Below are positions 27,266-36,947 of a stretch of 64,000 nucleotides of DNA, piece by piece (the first letter of the stretch is position 1; each line of letters begins with the position of its first letter). Source of the stretch: an uncultured Desulfobacteraceae bacterium (GTDB taxonomy: Bacteria; Desulfobacterota; Desulfobacteria; Desulfobacterales; UBA5616); the NCBI GenBank assembly GCA_964386565.1, contig CAYLRU010000007.1, positions 39,504 to 103,503 on the forward strand, in the 5' to 3' direction. Below the pieces are notes generated by a model. That model made no database searches and was not told where the DNA came from. It was given only the letters and a program-made list of their open reading frames with translations. Both the position numbers and the translations under genes were made by a program.

Positions 27266-29671
27266 ATGAAATTTGAAAGAAACAAAGAATCCGTTAAAAA
27301 CGTGCTGGAAACCAGCAATTATGTTCGCTTCGGGCTGCTTCTGGTCATCACAACCATATTCACGATTATCCTCTACCCGGATCTGGTTATCCATGAAACC
27401 CCTTATTCACTGGGGGATGTGGCGGGAAAAGATATCAAATCCCCCATTGAGTATTTCATAGAGGACAACGCCGCAACCGAGGAAAAAAGAAAGGCGGCTG
27501 TTGAGCAGGTATTGACCGTTTACGACTACAACTCCACCCTGGCCTCCAAAATCACCGCTAATGTATCTGAAGCATTCGGGCATTTGAAACGGATTTCAAT
27601 ATCCCGGGCAGCCACCGAAGAACAGGACTCTATTGAAAGCCGGGAGAATCACGGCCTGAATACGCAATCTGCTATCAGTTCCCCCGGAAACATGACCATG
27701 AAGGAGATTTTCGAGGAAAAAATCGGTATGCCCATCAGCAACGGTGCCTTTGCCATCCTTGAAAAGGAAGGATTCTCGGAGGATATCAGCGAACTGATCA
27801 ATCGCATACTAACGGAAATCTTTAATAACGGCGTCGTCGCCAATAAAGAACTTCTTCTGAATCAATATGAAAAGGGCATTATCCTCCGTGACATCGAGTC
27901 CCAGACCGAAAGAGTGGAGACAAGCTTAAAATCCATTTACGGTATAGATCAGGCAAAAACCATGGTCCGAATTATCGGCCAACCCCTTTTAAGGGATGTG
28001 GGCTATACCCTGCGAAATTTAATCGTGGACTTTTCCCAGAGATTGATTCAACCCAACATTACCTTAAACATCAATGAAACAGAAGCAAGAAAAAATGATG
28101 CCGCCTCCCGGATAAAGCCCATTCTTTACAAGATAAAGTCCGGAGAAATGCTATTGCGGGAGGGTGAACGGGTAACCGATGTGCAGCTCTTAAAATTAAG
28201 GGCTCTTCGGGAAACGCTAAGCACGGAAAATATCTTGAAAAACAGCATCGGTGAGGCCATGATCATCCTGACCGTTCTGCTGATTATTTATGTGCTGTAT
28301 GTTAATATTCAAAAAAAATCCCCTCTCCTTCATAATAAAAACCTTCTTTTTCTCTCCTGCATGCTGGTTGCTTTTTTCATATTGGCCAAATTTTCAGCAA
28401 GTTTTATGGGGGCCATGATCCACAACACCACCTTCTCGATACCGGCAAGCGCCGTGTCTTTCGGAATCCCGGCGGCAGCCGGCGCCATGGTGGTGTGCAT
28501 GTTCATGGGTCTTAATCTTGCCGTGGCGTTTTCTCTGGTTCTATCCCTGTTTATGGGCGCACTGTTTCAAAACCGGTTCGACATTTTTTTATATCACTTT
28601 CTCAACAGTATCATGGCGGCTTACTGGATTCAGGACTGCCGGGAAAGAAAGGTGTTCATCAAGGCGGGACTCAAGCTCGGATTGTTGAACATCCTGCTTG
28701 CCACGGTCTTTTGCGTTTATTCGGATGAAATCTCGGGGTTTAAACTCCCGTGGAGCTATACCTTCGCATTTTTAGGCGGAATCGGTTCGGGCATTATTGT
28801 TTCCGGACTTGCACCGCTGATTGAAGTGGCGTTCGGATACAGCACCAATATTACGCTGCTCGAACTGGCCAATCTGGACCGACCGATTTTAAGGCGCCTG
28901 ATGCTGGAAGCCCCGGGAACCTATCACCATTCTGTGATTGTAGGCTCCATGGTGGAAGCAGCAGCTTCGGCCATCGGGGCCAATCCACTTCTGGCCAAGG
29001 TGTGCGGATATTATCACGATATTGGTAAAATCAATAAGCCACTGTATTTTATTGAAAATCAATTAAACGGGCAAAACCGGCACAACAAACTCGCTCCTTC
29101 CATGTCCAGCCTCATTTTGACGGCTCACGTCAAAGAGGGTGTTGAAATGGCCAGGGAAAACAAATTGGGGCAAACCATTATCGAGACCATCCAGCAGCAC
29201 CACGGTACCAGCCTGATCACCTATTTTTACGAAAAGGCAAAACAGTTAAAGGGAAAAGATGCAGTAAAAATAGATGATTTTCGCTATCCCGGACCAAAGC
29301 CTCAAACCGTTGAAGCCGGTCTTGTCATGCTGGCAGATGTGGTAGAGGCATCTGCCAGAACTCTTGAAGACCCGACGCCTTCCAGAATCCAGGGCCATGT
29401 GCAAAACCTCATCAACAAGGTCTTTTCAGACGGACAACTGGACGAATGTGAAATGACGCTGAAAGACCTTCACAATATTGCTAAAAGTTTTATCAAGATT
29501 TTAAACGGGATCTATCACCATCGAATCGATTACCCGGAAAGAAGTCCGGTAAGCAACGGAAAGACGAATAATGGGAGTGTTGATCGACAACAGACAAAAC
29601 AAGTTCAAGGTACCGATAAAGAAATTAAGAGCGAAAGTCCAAGTCATCTTAAACGCCTTGGCTTGTCATGA
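27266..29671 (+). CDS. pgpH: 7TM-receptor/HD-GYP-like HDIG phosphohydrolase (PgpH/YqfF type)
   Basis: Extracellular N-terminal domain, then a 7TM block, then an HD domain (HHSVIVG...YHDIGK). It sits in the canonical phoH-pgpH-ybeY order. Confidence 0.85.
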   Translation: MKFERNKESVKNVLETSNYVRFGLLLVITTIFTIILYPDLVIHETPYSLGDVAGKDIKSPIEYFIEDNAATEEKRKAAVEQVLTVYDYNSTLASKITANVSEAFGHLKRISISRAATEEQDSIESRENHGLNTQSAISSPGNMTMKEIFEEKIGMPISNGAFAILEKEGFSEDISELINRILTEIFNNGVVANKELLLNQYEKGIILRDIESQTERVETSLKSIYGIDQAKTMVRIIGQPLLRDVGYTLRNLIVDFSQRLIQPNITLNINETEARKNDAASRIKPILYKIKSGEMLLREGERVTDVQLLKLRALRETLSTENILKNSIGEAMIILTVLLIIYVLYVNIQKKSPLLHNKNLLFLSCMLVAFFILAKFSASFMGAMIHNTTFSIPASAVSFGIPAAAGAMVVCMFMGLNLAVAFSLVLSLFMGALFQNRFDIFLYHFLNSIMAAYWIQDCRERKVFIKAGLKLGLLNILLATVFCVYSDEISGFKLPWSYTFAFLGGIGSGIIVSGLAPLIEVAFGYSTNITLLELANLDRPILRRLMLEAPGTYHHSVIVGSMVEAAASAIGANPLLAKVCGYYHDIGKINKPLYFIENQLNGQNRHNKLAPSMSSLILTAHVKEGVEMARENKLGQTIIETIQQHHGTSLITYFYEKAKQLKGKDAVKIDDFRYPGPKPQTVEAGLVMLADVVEASARTLEDPTPSRIQGHVQNLINKVFSDGQLDECEMTLKDLHNIAKSFIKILNGIYHHRIDYPERSPVSNGKTNNGSVDRQQTKQVQGTDKEIKSESPSHLKRLGLS

Positions 29672-30011
29672 TAAAGAACTCTCCATTGTGATCACGGATG
29701 ATCCCGGGATTCGGACGTTGAACAGGGAATACCTTGGCAGGGACCGACCGACCAATGTGATTGCGTTTCCCATGCAGGAGGGAGAATTCTCGCACATTTC
29801 CCCCGATCTTCTGGGAGATGTCGTGATTTCAGTTGAAACGACGGCCATGGAAGCCGGAAACGCCGGTATTGATTTTTCAGAACGATTTGATCAACTGATC
29901 ATCCACGGCATACTTCACCTGCTGGGATACGACCACGAAAAGGATGGACAAGAGGCTGCCAGAATGGATGAAAAAAGTAATGAACTGTTAAAATGCCTCA
30001 AGGATTTCTAG
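29571..30011 (+). CDS. ybeY: rRNA maturation endoribonuclease YbeY
   Basis: Blocks PTNVIAFPM, GDVVIS and HGILHLLGYDH. A full-length N-terminus requires the start at 29571. Confidence 0.9.
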   Translation: MGVLIDNRQNKFKVPIKKLRAKVQVILNALACHDKELSIVITDDPGIRTLNREYLGRDRPTNVIAFPMQEGEFSHISPDLLGDVVISVETTAMEAGNAGIDFSERFDQLIIHGILHLLGYDHEKDGQEAARMDEKSNELLKCLKDF

Positions 30012-30013
30012 AA

Positions 30014-30186
30014 GTCGTTTCAGAACATCCTCTCTGGTCTGATCTCTGTGTTGGGCCGAGAAGTTTAATCCTCGAAATATTTACTATCACAGAAACATCC
30101 CCGATGTCGGTTGAACTCCTTGGACTGCCTTTTTATCCGTGCTTTATAGTGGGAAACCTTAAGCCCGAAAGGAGATTTTGAAACCA
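30014..30186. repeat. Intergenic repeat element, family A, diverged long copy (A3)
   Basis: GTCGTTTCAGAA...ATCTCTGTGTTGGGCCGAGAAGTTTAATCCTCGAAATAT...ATTTTGAAACCAC. Confidence 0.6.
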
Positions 30187-30300
30187 CTTCTCCCCCTTAC
30201 AAGGAAAATCAAAAAAGCATAATAAAACGGAGCAACCGCCTTCAGATTGAGGGCATTATTCCTTAATAAGCACTGAAAGGAATATTTTTATACGGAAAAC

Positions 30301-30807
30301 GTGACGGACATGACTTCTTACGACCTGATCATCAATACCCATGGAGTCGATCATACCCGGTTGGTGGGTGAAAAAATCGGCGCAGCGCTGACATCAGGAA
30401 TTATTCTGGCCCTGACCGGGGACTTGGGAAGCGGGAAAACCGCTTTTGTTCAGGGGCTCGCAAAAGGACTTGAAGTTTCTGAAAAATATTATATAAACAG
30501 CCCCACCTACACCCTGATCAATGAATATCAGGGAAGAATGCCCCTGGTGCATGCGGACCTGTATCGCCTGAATGCCATCGACGACATCGAAAACACCGGG
30601 CTTTTCGACATGTTCGACGATCATTGCGTCGTCGCCATTGAATGGGCGGACAGGCTGGATAATGAAGATCTCTTGGAATACCTTGAATTACACATCGATA
30701 TTGTCGATGACAATACCAGGGCGCTCATCTTTCGGGGGCATGGTGTAAATGCAAAACCATTAATCCGCGTACTTGAAACGTGTTTTAAGGAGCACAAATG
30801 GCTTTAA
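30301..30807 (+). CDS. tsaE: tRNA t6A37 biosynthesis ATPase TsaE
   Basis: Blocks LTGDLGSGKTAFVQGLAKGL and SPTYTLINEY. The start is GTG 30301 or ATG 30310. Confidence 0.85.
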   Translation: MTDMTSYDLIINTHGVDHTRLVGEKIGAALTSGIILALTGDLGSGKTAFVQGLAKGLEVSEKYYINSPTYTLINEYQGRMPLVHADLYRLNAIDDIENTGLFDMFDDHCVVAIEWADRLDNEDLLEYLELHIDIVDDNTRALIFRGHGVNAKPLIRVLETCFKEHKWL

Positions 30808-32009
30808 TTGTTCAAAAATTCGGGGGAACGTCGGTCGCCGACCTCAACCGGATACGAAATGTGGCCAACAGGGTGGCAAAAACATATGACCAGGGAAACG
30901 ATGTCGTGGTTATCCTGTCTGCCATGGCGGGAGTAACAGACAGTCTGATTGAACAGGCACGCCAGATTACGGAAAGACCGGATAAGCGGGAGCTGGATGT
31001 TCTGCTGACCACCGGGGAGCAAACCACGGCTGCGCTTCTGGCCATGACCCTGTTATCGATGAACTATCCAGCCAAGTCTCTCTTGGGTTACCAGGCAGAA
31101 GTATTGACCGATTGCACATACGGCGATGCCCGTATTCTGGATATCGGCGCCAATCGGATCAAAGATCTGGTGAATCGGCGTGATATCGTCGTCATCGCCG
31201 GATTCCAGGGATGCGATGAAGAAGGCAATATCACCACCCTCGGCCGGGGCGGATCAGACACATCGGCTGTTGCCATTGCCGCGGCCATTAAAGCGGATAT
31301 CTGTGAGATATATACAGATGTCGACGGCATTTATACCACCGATCCCAATATCTGCAACAAGGCCAGGAAAATGAAACAAATCTGCTTTGAGGAAATGCTT
31401 GAAATGGCCAGCCTCGGCGCCAAGGTCCTGCAGATCCGGTCGGTTGAATTTGCAAAAAAATACAATGTCCCCATTCACGTCAGGTCATCTTTTAATGAGG
31501 AGGAAGGAACCATGGTGGTAAATGAAGAAGATGTTATGGAAAGGCTTGTCGTATCCGGCATTACATGCAACAAAAACGAAGCACGGATCACCCTTCGCAA
31601 GGTTCCGGACCAGCCGGGCGTCGCGGCAAAGGTGTTTGGTCCCATTGCCGATGCAAATATCCTGGTGGACATGATCATTCAGAACACGCGGCTGGGGGGG
31701 CAGACCGATCTGACCTTTACCGTACCGGAAAAAGACTATGACCTGGCAATGGAAATCTCCCGGAAAATAGCCGAAGAGATCGGCGCCGAAGAGGTTTTGG
31801 GCGATACGGAAATCGCAAAGGTATCCGTGATCGGCGTTGGAATGAAAAACCATTCCGGCGTGGCAGCAAAAATGTTCTCCATCCTGGCTGCTGAGAATAT
31901 TAATATTCGACTGATTACGACATCGGAAATACGAATTTCCTGCGTTATTACGGAAAAATACGCCGAACTCGCCGTCCGGGCGCTTCATGATGCCTTCGAC
32001 CTGGGTTAA
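30798..32009 (+). CDS. lysC: Aspartate kinase
   Basis: Blocks MALIVQKFGGTSV, VVILSAMAGVTD and GRGGSDTSA, with two C-terminal ACT domains. Confidence 0.95.
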   Translation: MALIVQKFGGTSVADLNRIRNVANRVAKTYDQGNDVVVILSAMAGVTDSLIEQARQITERPDKRELDVLLTTGEQTTAALLAMTLLSMNYPAKSLLGYQAEVLTDCTYGDARILDIGANRIKDLVNRRDIVVIAGFQGCDEEGNITTLGRGGSDTSAVAIAAAIKADICEIYTDVDGIYTTDPNICNKARKMKQICFEEMLEMASLGAKVLQIRSVEFAKKYNVPIHVRSSFNEEEGTMVVNEEDVMERLVVSGITCNKNEARITLRKVPDQPGVAAKVFGPIADANILVDMIIQNTRLGGQTDLTFTVPEKDYDLAMEISRKIAEEIGAEEVLGDTEIAKVSVIGVGMKNHSGVAAKMFSILAAENINIRLITTSEIRISCVITEKYAELAVRALHDAFDLG

Positions 32010-32359
32010 GATGAACGGTTTTAACAGAAATCAACAGGTCTTTGCGCTGGTTACGGCAGCCGTGATTACCGGTTTTATGGTCTGGCGCGCATTTTGAGCC
32101 TGTGAGTTGAGGGTCATTATCCTTCGCCTGGGGCGACAATATTTTTCTTACCCCCGTTCCCGGCAACCGTCCAAGCAATATTGCCGCGACCTGTCCAGTG
32201 CCATCGCTTCAGGAAACGGCAATATCAAGGAGATTGCAGAAGCCGTCATGCAAAAATTCCCGGCAATCTGGTCGGAAATCCAGGCTGATCCTTAAAATAA
32301 AAACAAATAGCGGATTTCAGAACCCTGTCGGTACGATATGATTTGCAGAAAGGAATTAA

Positions 32360-33988
32360 ATGAGAGCCGATACAGCCATAGATGCGACAAAGCGCAATGA
32401 TTTGCTCATCGGTCTGGAGCACGAACGCTTTGATGTTGTGGTTATCGGGGCCGGAATTACCGGGTGCGGAATTGCCCGGGAAACGGCCATGCGGGGAATG
32501 CGAACACTCCTTGTGGACGCCGGTGATATCGGCTCGGGAACTTCCAGCCGGTCGTCGAAGTTGATCCACGGAGGATTGAGATATCTGGCCCAGGGACAAA
32601 TGACGGTGGTTCGGGAAGCTGCCCGGGAACGACGAACATTGAGAAGAATCGCACCTCACCTGTCACTGACCAATCCCATGGTCGTTCTGGCCCGCTCAAA
32701 AAAATCCATTAATGTTCTCAGAACCGGTATGTGGACATATGAAAAAATGGGAGGGGTTGATCAGCACGAACGCCACGTGTTATGGCACCAGGAGGACATA
32801 CGGTCCAATGAACCGGTTGTCCGTTGGGATAATTTTTCCGGCGCCGTGGTTTACCCCGAATATTTAACGGATGACGCCCGCCTGACACTGGCCAATGCCC
32901 GGAGTGCTGCAGGGCACGGTGCCATGGTGATAAATTATGTGGCGGCAGAAGAAGTTCTTCTGGAAAACGGCTCCGTTACCGGGGTGGTTTTGCGGGACAA
33001 AATGGTGACAGAGACCGACCTGGTTCGGGTAAAAGCCCGAAAAGTAATCAACGCTGCCGGCCCATGGGTCGATACAGTACGAAAACTTGAAGACAAAAAT
33101 GCAGAAGACCGGCTGCAACTGACCAAGGGAATACACGTGGTGGTCTCAAAAAACCGGTTGCCCATCAACAACACCGTGGTTTGGTCGGCCCCGGATTCAA
33201 GAGGACTGTTTGCCGTGCCCAGAGGACGATTCGTCTATATCGGCACCACGGATACGTTTTTCCCGGAACCTGTATACTGGCCGGAAATTACCCGGGACGA
33301 TATCCGGTATCTTGTGGATTCCGCTAATTCGATTTTTTCGACAGATCCCATAACGGACGCGGATATCGTAGCGTTGTGGTCCGGTCTCAGACCACTGATT
33401 GGTACCAAAGGCAAAAAGCCCTCCGAGATTTCAAGACGAAACGAAATTCTGGAGGGACCGGCCGGTATGTTGACCATTGCCGGCGGCAAACTGACCAGTT
33501 ACCGATCCATGGCCCAACGGGTTGCGGACAGGTGTGAAAAGGATCTCGGAAGAAATCCCGCTCCATCGAAAACCGGGAACGAACCGCTCCCGGGCGGCGA
33601 CTTTGCTGAATCATTTGACCGGTTGAAAGCCGACGTGGAAAAGCTTGGATTGTCGGAGATCGAAGCCGAACGGGCTGCACGGCTTTACGGTGCCGAAGCC
33701 CTGGACCTGTTTGCACGGAGAGGCGGACCCAATGTCGAGGCAGAATTCGCCGTCAAAACCGAAGGCGCCGTCATACTGGAAGATTACTGGGTCAGGCGCA
33801 GTGCTCGTTCATATTTTGACGATAACAACGGGCTTGACGCCCTTGAATCGGCATCACAAAAAATGGCCGAACTATTGGGCTGGACTGAAAAATACCGGAA
33901 ACAACAGATAGACGCCTGCAGAAAAACAAGAGACGATATGCTGGCGGTTCTGGAACAGGGCCATCAGAAGGTGTCCACTAAATTTTAA
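32360..33988 (+). CDS. glpD: FAD-dependent glycerol-3-phosphate dehydrogenase (GlpD/GlpA family)
   Basis: Block DVVVIGAGITGCGIARETAMRGMRTLLVDAGDIGSGTSSRSSKLIHGGLRYL. Confidence 0.85.
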   Translation: MRADTAIDATKRNDLLIGLEHERFDVVVIGAGITGCGIARETAMRGMRTLLVDAGDIGSGTSSRSSKLIHGGLRYLAQGQMTVVREAARERRTLRRIAPHLSLTNPMVVLARSKKSINVLRTGMWTYEKMGGVDQHERHVLWHQEDIRSNEPVVRWDNFSGAVVYPEYLTDDARLTLANARSAAGHGAMVINYVAAEEVLLENGSVTGVVLRDKMVTETDLVRVKARKVINAAGPWVDTVRKLEDKNAEDRLQLTKGIHVVVSKNRLPINNTVVWSAPDSRGLFAVPRGRFVYIGTTDTFFPEPVYWPEITRDDIRYLVDSANSIFSTDPITDADIVALWSGLRPLIGTKGKKPSEISRRNEILEGPAGMLTIAGGKLTSYRSMAQRVADRCEKDLGRNPAPSKTGNEPLPGGDFAESFDRLKADVEKLGLSEIEAERAARLYGAEALDLFARRGGPNVEAEFAVKTEGAVILEDYWVRRSARSYFDDNNGLDALESASQKMAELLGWTEKYRKQQIDACRKTRDDMLAVLEQGHQKVSTKF

Positions 33989-34015
33989 CCCCACCATTCA
34001 GGAGAAAGCAACCCC

Positions 34016-35422
34016 ATGGGACATTGGATTATCGAAAAATTACGACAGGCCATCGGTGAAAGCAAGGTGAAGACCCACCCGGAACTTTTATCGGAAAGAC
34101 GACACGATTATTCAGTCCTGAGCCAGTTGGCGGACCTTCAGAGCCGGGGTGCGCCGAATCCGGCCTGTGCCGTAACACCGGCAAGTACCGGAGACGTGGT
34201 CGCCGTCGTCAATGTCTGTCGCGAAAACAAGGTGCCGCTGGTCACTTTCGGCCTGGGTTCCGGCGTGGTGTGCGGCATCATCACTTCTCCCCAATGCGTC
34301 CTGCTGGACATGAGCTCCATGAAACGGATACGAAAAATCGACAAACATAATCTGCTTGCCACATTCGAAGCCGGCGTTCGGGGATCGGATGCGGAAGCTG
34401 CAGTTGCAAAGGAAGGGATGACCATCGGTCATTTTCCCCAGTCTATTGACGTCAGTTCAGTGGGTGGATGGGTGGCCACACGGTCATGCGGGCAGTTCTC
34501 CAGTGCTTACGGCGGCATTGAAGATATGGTAATGGGGCTTGAAGTAGTGCTTCCCGACGGAGAGGTTTTGAATACCCGCCTGACCCCACGTGCGTCATCC
34601 GGGCCGGACTTAAAGCAGCTTTTTCTGGGCAGCGAAGGAGCCCTGGGCGTCATCTGCGCCGTTACCTTTTCACTGCGCTGGAAGCCCCAAAAACAGGATT
34701 ACAGCGCCTATTACGCCCCCACAATGACAAAAGGGCTTGAATTCCAGCGATACGTCATCCAGTCCGGCTGGGCTCCGCCGGTTATGCGACAGTACGATAC
34801 AACGGAAGTTAAGCGTCTGTTCCCGGAACAGGTCCGCGATGAAGACGCCCTGATCATCATGGTGCATGAGGGACCCGCCGGCCAGGTGGCCGCCGAAATC
34901 GCCGAATGCTCTGAGATTGCGGCTGATCTGGGCTGCGACAAGGCACCGACTGAATCTGTAACCAAATGGTTAGCGGATCGAAACCATGTACCGGAATTTG
35001 AAAGCTTCCTGAAAAACAACATCATTTTAGATACCATTGAAATTGCCGCAACCTGGGATCGAATCGACAAAATTTATGACAATGCCGTCGCCTCCCTCAA
35101 TGAAGCCGAGAATATGTTGGCGGCTTCGGCCCACAGTTCCCATGCTTATCGTTCCGGCATCAATCTCTATTTTACCTTTGCGGCAAAAGTCGCAGATGTG
35201 TCTGACATGGAAAAGGTCTACCGCGAGTGCTGGAGAAAGGTTTTACAAGCCACCATCGACGGCGGCGGCGGGATTTCCCACCACCACGGCATCGGCAGAA
35301 TCCGGCGCGACTGGATGCCTGCTGAGGTGGGTGAGGCAGGAGTTGTTCTGTTAAAAAAACTCAAAAATGCCCTGGACCCTGAAAATATCATGAACCCGGA
35401 GGTACTGATTCCCAATGAATAA
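34016..35422 (+). CDS. FAD-linked oxidase of the alkyldihydroxyacetonephosphate synthase (AGPS/ADPS) type
   Basis: PCMH-type FAD domain. Block FPQSIDVSSVGGWVATRSCGQFSSAYGGIEDMV. A C-terminal GGGISHHHGIGRIR (HHH at nt 35279-35287) replaces the GEHGxG motif of GlcD/D-LDH enzymes. Confidence 0.75.
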   Translation: MGHWIIEKLRQAIGESKVKTHPELLSERRHDYSVLSQLADLQSRGAPNPACAVTPASTGDVVAVVNVCRENKVPLVTFGLGSGVVCGIITSPQCVLLDMSSMKRIRKIDKHNLLATFEAGVRGSDAEAAVAKEGMTIGHFPQSIDVSSVGGWVATRSCGQFSSAYGGIEDMVMGLEVVLPDGEVLNTRLTPRASSGPDLKQLFLGSEGALGVICAVTFSLRWKPQKQDYSAYYAPTMTKGLEFQRYVIQSGWAPPVMRQYDTTEVKRLFPEQVRDEDALIIMVHEGPAGQVAAEIAECSEIAADLGCDKAPTESVTKWLADRNHVPEFESFLKNNIILDTIEIAATWDRIDKIYDNAVASLNEAENMLAASAHSSHAYRSGINLYFTFAAKVADVSDMEKVYRECWRKVLQATIDGGGGISHHHGIGRIRRDWMPAEVGEAGVVLLKKLKNALDPENIMNPEVLIPNE

Positions 35423-36860
35423 AAAAATATTAGGAATCGACGTGGGCACGACGAATGTTCTTGCCATGCTGGTTGATAAATTCGGCAGTGTTGTGGGAAA
35501 AGCCGCCAAGAGATTTCAACTGGACTATCCAGCGCCGGGGCATGTTGAACATGATCCGGAAACCATGTGGTCCACGACCATTAAAACCGTTAAACACGCA
35601 TTGACCGCTTCCGGCACGGCACCGACGGATGTCGGTGCCATCGGAATCACCGGGCAGCGCTCCACGGTGGTCATCTGGGAGCGTTCCACCGGCAGGCCCC
35701 TGGGACCTGCCGTCATATGGCAGGATTTGAGGGGAAGCAAACGGGCATCGGAATTGAACGAAATGGGGTTTATTACGGTGAATGCCCTGGCCGCCGCATC
35801 CAAGGTCGAACATGCTTTAAGGGCCGTTCCAGACGGATACCGGAGGATGAAAAACGGTGATCTGGCATGGGGAAATGTGGACAGTTACATCGCTTTTCGT
35901 TTAAGCGGTAATACCGTTCATGCCACGGATGCCTCCAATGCCTGCGGAACCGGATATTTCGATTTCTTCAACAACTGGGACTGGTTTGACCAACTCCTGA
36001 AAGTGCAGGATCTGGATCGCTCTTTTTTTCCCCGGGTGATGGATACCGCCGGTATTTTCGGGTATACCGCCGATGGTATTTTCGGCGCCAAAGTCCCCAT
36101 CGGGGCAATTATCGGAGACCAGCAGTGCGCGGCATATGCCCAGGGATGCCTGGACCCGGGAGAAGCAAAAATATCATTCGGTACATCCGGTACCTGCAAT
36201 GTTAATACCGGTCAGGAAATCAAACTGGCAACGGGGAGTTATCCGCTGGTCATGTGGCAACGAAACAACGTTAAAACATTCTGCCTGGAAGGCATGGTGA
36301 TTACGGCAGGAGCCGTTTTCAACTGGCTGTCGGCAATCGGCATCATACCGTCTCCCGGCGAGGCCCGATTCATTGCCGAGCAGGTGAAAACGTCCAACGG
36401 CGTCCGCTTTCTGCCTGCGCTCCAGGGTTTGGGGACTCCCCACAACCAGTATGACCGCCAAGGAACGATTCATGGACTCACCCTGGCCGCCTCAAAAGGT
36501 CATATCGTCCGTGCAGCCATGGAAGGCGTGGCCTTCCGTGTCAGAGAAATGCTGGAAAGAATCTACCTGGATTCCGGACTTCCCAGTCAGACAATATTAC
36601 GGGTGGACGGCGGGGCCACTGAAAATGATGCCTTCATGCAGATCCTCTCGGACGCCCTGGGCATGCGCATCGAACGCATGAACCCCACGGAAGCCACGGT
36701 ATACGGCGCCGCCCTTCTGGCCGGAGAGGCCTGCGGCACGTGGAAACCATACAGTTCCAGACAATTGCGTCAAATCGATAAGGTTTTCGAACCCACATGG
36801 CACAAATCTCAACGGGACGACTTTTACCATGAGTGGAAAAAATGCTTCGGACTCACATGA
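35415..36860 (+). CDS. glpK: FGGY-family kinase, divergent glycerol kinase-like
   Basis: Blocks GIDVGTTN, HVEHDPETMW, GITGQRSTVVIWE, GDQQCAAY and VDGGATEND. An 8-nt overlap (ATGAATAA) joins it to the upstream gene. Confidence 0.75.
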   Translation: MNKKILGIDVGTTNVLAMLVDKFGSVVGKAAKRFQLDYPAPGHVEHDPETMWSTTIKTVKHALTASGTAPTDVGAIGITGQRSTVVIWERSTGRPLGPAVIWQDLRGSKRASELNEMGFITVNALAAASKVEHALRAVPDGYRRMKNGDLAWGNVDSYIAFRLSGNTVHATDASNACGTGYFDFFNNWDWFDQLLKVQDLDRSFFPRVMDTAGIFGYTADGIFGAKVPIGAIIGDQQCAAYAQGCLDPGEAKISFGTSGTCNVNTGQEIKLATGSYPLVMWQRNNVKTFCLEGMVITAGAVFNWLSAIGIIPSPGEARFIAEQVKTSNGVRFLPALQGLGTPHNQYDRQGTIHGLTLAASKGHIVRAAMEGVAFRVREMLERIYLDSGLPSQTILRVDGGATENDAFMQILSDALGMRIERMNPTEATVYGAALLAGEACGTWKPYSSRQLRQIDKVFEPTWHKSQRDDFYHEWKKCFGLT

Positions 36861-36947
36861 TAAAACCAACCCGCCGACATCATCAAAAGATGCGTCTTGA
36901 ATTTGGGAAGGTTAATATAACGACATCGGCCTCAATACGGCCCATAA

